A stretch of DNA of 64,000 nucleotides from an uncultured delta proteobacterium (GTDB taxonomy: Bacteria > Desulfobacterota > Binatia > JACPRU01), in NCBI GenBank assembly GCA_963745025.1, contig CAVUWD010000016.1, positions 768,001-832,000 of the forward strand, given 5' to 3'. Numbering within the stretch: the stretch's first letter is position 1; every line of letters begins with the position of its first letter. The position numbers were made by a program, and so were the translations under genes. Of this stretch, positions 59,490 through 64,000 are shown one piece after another. Below the pieces are notes generated by a model that had not been told where the DNA came from, ran no database searches, and saw only the letters and a program-made list of their open reading frames with translations.

Positions 59490-59805
59490 CGATATAGCTT
59501 AGCGCAGTCGCCGGCGGAGAACACCCCGAAGTACCGCCCGCATGACGGCCGAACGAGTGGCCGCTCAGCTGCGGCTGCGCCGAATGCTACCACGATCGAG
59601 AATCATCGCTCCCTCGTTTCTCGAGGGCGGATCGGTTCGCGGGTCGGGTGCCCCGGAAGGTGGATTCTGAACCGCGTGATTGCCGTCCGCAAAGTAGGCG
59701 ACCAGAGTATAGGTCTCTGCCCAACCGGGGCCGCACTCGATTGCTCGGATTGCCAACGCCAGATGGCGCAACGCCGTTAAAACGTTAAAGCCCTCAAGAA
59801 CTCAA

Positions 59806-59889
59806 GAGGATAGCTGGGATAAGCGGCCGACTGACGTAAAGCCTCAATATCCGACGCTGCCCAAACACGAGACGCCCCGTTTCTACGGC
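59806..59889. repeat. 84 bp direct repeat, copy 2
   Basis: See 57895-57976. Confidence 0.9.
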
Positions 59890-60343
59890 GTTTCGCGACT
59901 TCGGAAAGAGCTTGCCGCAGCGGTAGTCCTAGCCCGAGGAGCATCCGTGGAGCCGCGTCGGCGGGACGGCACGCTACAGTCGTGCAGGTGATCGGAACGA
60001 CCACCGTGGATCTGGTCCTACCCGGCATGGACCATCTCCCGAGCCTCTCGCAGACTCCCTTCGAGAGGAACCGGTCGCGCATCCGCTGACACGCCTCTCG
60101 ACCGTCAACCTGTAGACAGCGGTTCCCAAATCCGCCGCTCGTACTGGGGGCGCTGTGGGAAAAACCCGAGTGTCAGCCCACGGCCGATCGAAACCAGCGT
60201 GCCCTGCTTCCCGATAGGGCCTCCTCCCGGGGGGCCTGTTCCGGTGGCCGCTCGCTTCTCACGGGCGCTGCCGTAGCGCTTGGGCGCGCCAGCCGTTTGA
60301 TCGCCCGCGGCGGCCAAGGCACGATGGTTCTTGAGGTCACGGG

Positions 60344-61600
60344 ATGCTCGACGTTGCGATTACCGGGGTTGGCGTTCTCTCCGCGATCGGCCTTTCGGCG
60401 GAGGAGTTCCATCGCCAGCTGATGGCCGATGCTTCTGGGATTCGCCGAGCACCGTGGGCGGCGGACGTCGAGGGTGCTGCTGCTTGGCTGGCCACAGCCG
60501 CCGGGTTCGTGCCGCGCGACTGGATGGACGAGCGCGTCGAGGCGGGCACCGATCTCTTCACCCAGTTCGCCCTGGCCGCAACGGAGCAGGCGGTCCGGCA
60601 GGCGTGCCTCGGCGAGATCGATCCGCTTCGCACCGGAGTGGTCCACGGCACCAGCATCGGCGGCGCGCGGGCGTTGATGAAGGCGCAGTACCTCTTGGAC
60701 AGCCAGGGGCCGCGAGCGGTCCCGCGCAAGACCGAGATCCAGATGTACCCGAACATGGCGGCGGCACAGATCGCCATGCGCTACGGCCTTCACGGTCCGA
60801 GCCTGACCGTGACCACGGCGTGCGCGGCGTCGCTCGATGCGCTCGGTAACGCCGCCCGGCTGCTCGACGCGGGCCATGCGGACGTGTTGATCGCCGGCGG
60901 CACCGACGGCGGCACCAGCCTCGCGGGCGGCCGAGCCGATGGCGATTTCGTTCCCGCCACCTTCCACACGAGCAGGCTCTACGGCATGACGGCGCGCTCG
61001 GAAGATCCGCGGCGGGCCATGCTGCCGTTCGACGTCAAGCGGCATGGGATCGTGCTCGGGGAGGGCTCGGCGATGTTCATTCTCGAGCGGGGCGAGCACG
61101 CGCGCAGGCGCGGCGCTCGCGTGCTCGGATACCTGCGGGGATACGGCGCGCTCGCCGACGCCTACCATCCCTCCGCGCCGGACCCGAGCGGCAAATGGGA
61201 GGCTCGGGCGATGCAGCTCGCGCTCGCCGACGCCGGGATCGTGGCGGGAGAGGTCGACGCGCTGATCGCCCACGCAACCGGCACGCCGAAAGGTGATACC
61301 GCCGAGATTCGCGCGATCAACCACGTACACGGCGGCCGCTCGAAGCCGCTGCCGGTGGCCTCGATCAAAGGCCATATCGGTCACAGCGGAGCCGCTTCGG
61401 GGGCGATGGCCGTTGTGACCGGCCTGCTCGGCATGGCGGAGGGCCGCTTCACGCACACGTCCAACACCGACGAGCCCGATCCCGAAGCGCGGTTCGACGT
61501 GGTGATCGGACGGCCGAGGATGATCGAATACGCAACTCTTCAGGTGAACGCCTTCGGCTTCGGCGGCCAGAACGCCTCGATGATCGTGACTCGCGACTGA
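60344..61600 (+). CDS. Beta-ketoacyl-ACP synthase (FabF-like)
   Basis: TTACAAS, GEGSA, AHATGT, KGHIGH, NAFGFGGQNAS. Confidence 0.92.
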   Translation: MLDVAITGVGVLSAIGLSAEEFHRQLMADASGIRRAPWAADVEGAAAWLATAAGFVPRDWMDERVEAGTDLFTQFALAATEQAVRQACLGEIDPLRTGVVHGTSIGGARALMKAQYLLDSQGPRAVPRKTEIQMYPNMAAAQIAMRYGLHGPSLTVTTACAASLDALGNAARLLDAGHADVLIAGGTDGGTSLAGGRADGDFVPATFHTSRLYGMTARSEDPRRAMLPFDVKRHGIVLGEGSAMFILERGEHARRRGARVLGYLRGYGALADAYHPSAPDPSGKWEARAMQLALADAGIVAGEVDALIAHATGTPKGDTAEIRAINHVHGGRSKPLPVASIKGHIGHSGAASGAMAVVTGLLGMAEGRFTHTSNTDEPDPEARFDVVIGRPRMIEYATLQVNAFGFGGQNASMIVTRD

Positions 61601-61684
61601 CGCGTGTGCGAGCCGCACCAGGCCCTCGGCTGGCGGCGTCGTCTCCGTCATGGGCGCGGGTTCTTGCGGCGGCGCGACGGCCGG

Positions 61685-61960
61685 TCAACCATGACGATAC
61701 CCATAGAGCCACCGAGCCGTCCCCTCTCCGGTGTTCCGCACCGAATGCCGGGCATGCGCCGGGATGAGGACCTCTTCGCCGACCGCCGAAACGATGGTCC
61801 GCCCGTCGATCTGCATCTCGAGCTCGCCCGAGACGAGCATCACGAGCTCGTCGGTCGCGTGCACGAAGTCCTCCCAGCGCTGCCCCGGCCGATCCGCCCA
61901 GAGGCCGCACGAGAAGCCGCGCGCCTCCCAGTCCCGTGCGACGGACGCACGGCGCCTCGG
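61685..61960 (-). CDS. Cupin-domain protein (start unclear; absent from ORF track)
   Basis: Manual translation: WEARGFSCGLW...FVHATDELVMLVSGELE...GEEVLIPAHARHSVRN...WLYGY. Confidence 0.7.
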   Translation of the reverse strand, partial: PRRRASVARDWEARGFSCGLWADRPGQRWEDFVHATDELVMLVSGELEMQIDGRTIVSAVGEEVLIPAHARHSVRNTGEGTARWLYGYRHG

Positions 61961-61991
61961 CGCGGCAAGGAGAGTCGTAACGCCCTCTGGC

Positions 61992-62432
61992 TCACGGCTT
62001 CGGCTCAGGAGCGGTAAGATCCACGATCAGCAGCCAGGGCGAGCTCCCCGTATACGCGGCGAACGTGCCGGCGATCTTCGTTCCGGACGGCGCACCCCCG
62101 AGGCGGTCGACGTCCTCCGGCGCTCCCCGGATGGCGAACGACTGCGCCATGACCCGGGAGAGGTAACGATCGAACCCGGTTTCGCCGGGCGTCCCGTAAC
62201 GCGTGATCAGTAAAGTGTGCCGCCGACCCTGCGCGGTGATGTCGATCCGATCCAGGATCTCGGCGTCTTCGGGGGCGCGATCGAGGTAGCCTTCGATGAC
62301 GTAGAGGGACGGGCGCCGGAAGTCGGGGAGCGACGCCGAAAAGGCGAAGGAAATCGTGTGGCCTGCGCCGAGGAGACAGGCCGCGAGGAGCATGCCGGGG
62401 ACGCGCGGAATAGTCCGTTTCGTCGTGAACAT
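61992..62432 (-). CDS. Secreted hypothetical protein
   Basis: Signal-like LLAACLLGAG then globular sequence. Confidence 0.6.
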   Translation of the reverse strand: MFTTKRTIPRVPGMLLAACLLGAGHTISFAFSASLPDFRRPSLYVIEGYLDRAPEDAEILDRIDITAQGRRHTLLITRYGTPGETGFDRYLSRVMAQSFAIRGAPEDVDRLGGAPSGTKIAGTFAAYTGSSPWLLIVDLTAPEPKP

Positions 62433-62474
62433 GGACAGATGGCCTCCGCTGAGTTGAATACCGAACACGCGGCG

Positions 62475-62525
62475 GCAGAATTTCCGGCCCTCCCGATTCT
62501 CGCTACCGCAGGATGAGCATCGCAT
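62475..62525 (-). pseudogene. 5' stub of another zinc-ribbon cyclase-type gene
   Basis: MRCSSCGSENREGRKFC, similar to MRCPSCGFENASGIKFC at 57640. Confidence 0.55.
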
Positions 62526-62769
62526 TGAAGGACAGCTTGCCTCAGCAGGCGATAGTCCCTGCGGGTAGTTTCGCGCAAGCGCGCGGCGGTTCCGACGAAG
62601 GCCCCTCACGGAGAGGAGCGGCAGGCCTCATCAGAACCTACCTGCTTTTCACTCATGAAGGACAGGAAGCGCGAGTCGCGTCTTACCTATAGACGACGCA
62701 GTCAGGCGGACACAGCGGCTCGGCACAAACGGTAAAGCGCGATCGGTCGAACCGACCCGCAGCTTGCAC

Positions 62770-63180
62770 GGAATTCTTGGGCAAAGAGGACGTGCAGCGG
62801 GCGCCAGCGGCGCAGCTTCAGGCCGGTGGCGATGGCCTCGCGGATGATCGCCGCTACGGTTTTCCAGTCGAGCTCGAAATGCGCGGCCACCTCCGCCGAC
62901 GAGAGCTTGCGGGCGAGCAGCGCCACGGCGCGGGCCAGAGAGGTCGTCACGCGGGCCCAGCGCGGCGCCCACGGCAGCGCCGAGCGCGCACACGGTAGGG
63001 CCGGTAGACGAGGATGAGCGGCCAGTCCCGCAGCGGCTCGCCTGGCCACAGCCGCTGCACCGCAGCCGCCGCCGGCCGAGGCGCGCGATCTTGACCACGA
63101 TCACCTCGCTCTCCTCGCGCACCGCCACCATCGATGGGCCTTGAGGCCCAACCCCTTCCTGATACACGTCTCCACCAGCA
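62770..63180 (-). mobile_element. ISL3-family transposase fragment
   Basis: RLRCSGCG, LVYRPYRV, LPWAPRWARVT...VAAHFELDWKTVAAII; internally deleted. Confidence 0.75.
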
Positions 63181-63331
63181 CCGCACCGCCCCTCCTCTCG
63201 TTTTCGACAACGAGAGAATACCAAGGGCGGGTTGGTGGCCTTAGCTGAAGGTCGCGTTGACACGTTCGCCCATTTGAATGTGGTTCGGTCCACGGCGCAT
63301 ACTTCCGTCCCTCGAGAGGGGGTGCACCACG

Positions 63332-63426
63332 ATGAAGATCAAAGCACTGGGGCATGTGGTGTTGCGGGTGACCGACCGCGAGCGCGCCGAGCGCTTTTAT
63401 GGCGGCCTGCTCGGACTGCCGCTCTG
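63332..63426 (+). pseudogene. VOC/glyoxalase gene 5' fragment interrupted by an IS3 element
   Basis: MKIKALGHVVLRVTDRERAERFYGGLLGLPL ends at the IS terminal repeat. Confidence 0.7.
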
Positions 63427-64000
63427 TGGACCTACCCCGGTTTCGTAGACGGTTACGGGCTTGGGTTGAGCCCCCGCTCTTGATCCTCTTCTTCACGTCG
63501 ATGAAATCGATCTTGGTTTTCTAAGGGGAGCCTGAGGGGGATTTTTCCCCGGAGTGCAGACGATGCGGGTTGTACCAGCCTTCGATGAACTGGAACACCG
63601 CGATGCGCGCCTCGACCTGCGAGCGGAAGCGGTTGCGATCGAGAAGCTCGCACTCGAGCGTGGCGAAGAAGCTCTCGCACATCGCGTTGTCGTACGCGTC
63701 GCCGACCGATCCCATCGAGGGCCGCACGCCGGCTTCCCCGCAGCGTTTACCGAAGGCGACCGAGGTGTACTGGCAGCCCTGATCGGAGTGATGGATCACC
63801 TCGTTCGGCCGCCGCTGGAACAGCGCCATGTCGAGGGCCTGGAGAACGAGCTCGGTCCGCAGATGGGTCTCCATCGCCCAGCCGATGACTCTGCGGCTCC
63901 ACGCATCGAGAACGACGGCGAGATAGAGGAAGCCCGTCCACGTCGGGATGTAGGTGATGTCAGCGATCCAGAGACGATTCGGAACCGCGGCGACGAAGTT
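63427..64000 (-). mobile_element. IS3-family element, 3' part of OrfB plus terminal inverted repeat
   Basis: WIADITYIPT, HHSDQGCQY, GDAYDNAMCESFF; end reads TGGACCTACCCCGGTTTCGTAGAC. Confidence 0.9.

Larger units (their letters stand above)
56124..64000. mobile_element. Probable decayed genomic island at tRNA-Leu; right end not seen in window
   Basis: Integrase remnant, arm-like repeats, truncated genes and IS fragments follow the tRNA. Confidence 0.6.

Overview
High-GC bacterial chromosome segment from a diderm organism. Gene order and content resemble Deltaproteobacteria / Ca. Binatia (inference). The backbone is housekeeping: tilS-ftsH-folP-cdaA-cdaR-glmM; mlaFEDAC; rpsB-tsf-pyrH-frr-uppS-cdsA-rseP-tsaB; ilvN-ilvC-psd-pssA; leuA-leuB-usg-truA; tolQRAB-pal-cpoB-ribF-rluD-rho; gap-pgk-tpiA-secG. 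There is also an acyl-CoA catabolic cluster. Many conserved genes carry indel frameshifts that look like long-read consensus errors. The main finding is at 8.1-15.3 kb, where two decayed tyrosine-integrase elements have inserted into the anticodon loop of the same tRNA-Met(CAT) gene with opposite geometry. One supplies a replacement 5' half and leader, the other a replacement 3' half. The inferred original halves are stranded at 8153-8191 and 15250-15293, so the only intact copy in the window (13592-13665) appears to be built entirely from element DNA. Both integrase genes converge on this tRNA. One reads antisense through it, so integration swaps its C-terminus. A third island starts at tRNA-Leu(GAG) (56041) with the same read-through layout and carries class III cyclases, an 82-84 bp repeat and IS remnants. 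Also found: an eight-copy heptamer-armed intergenic palindrome family and a leucine attenuator.
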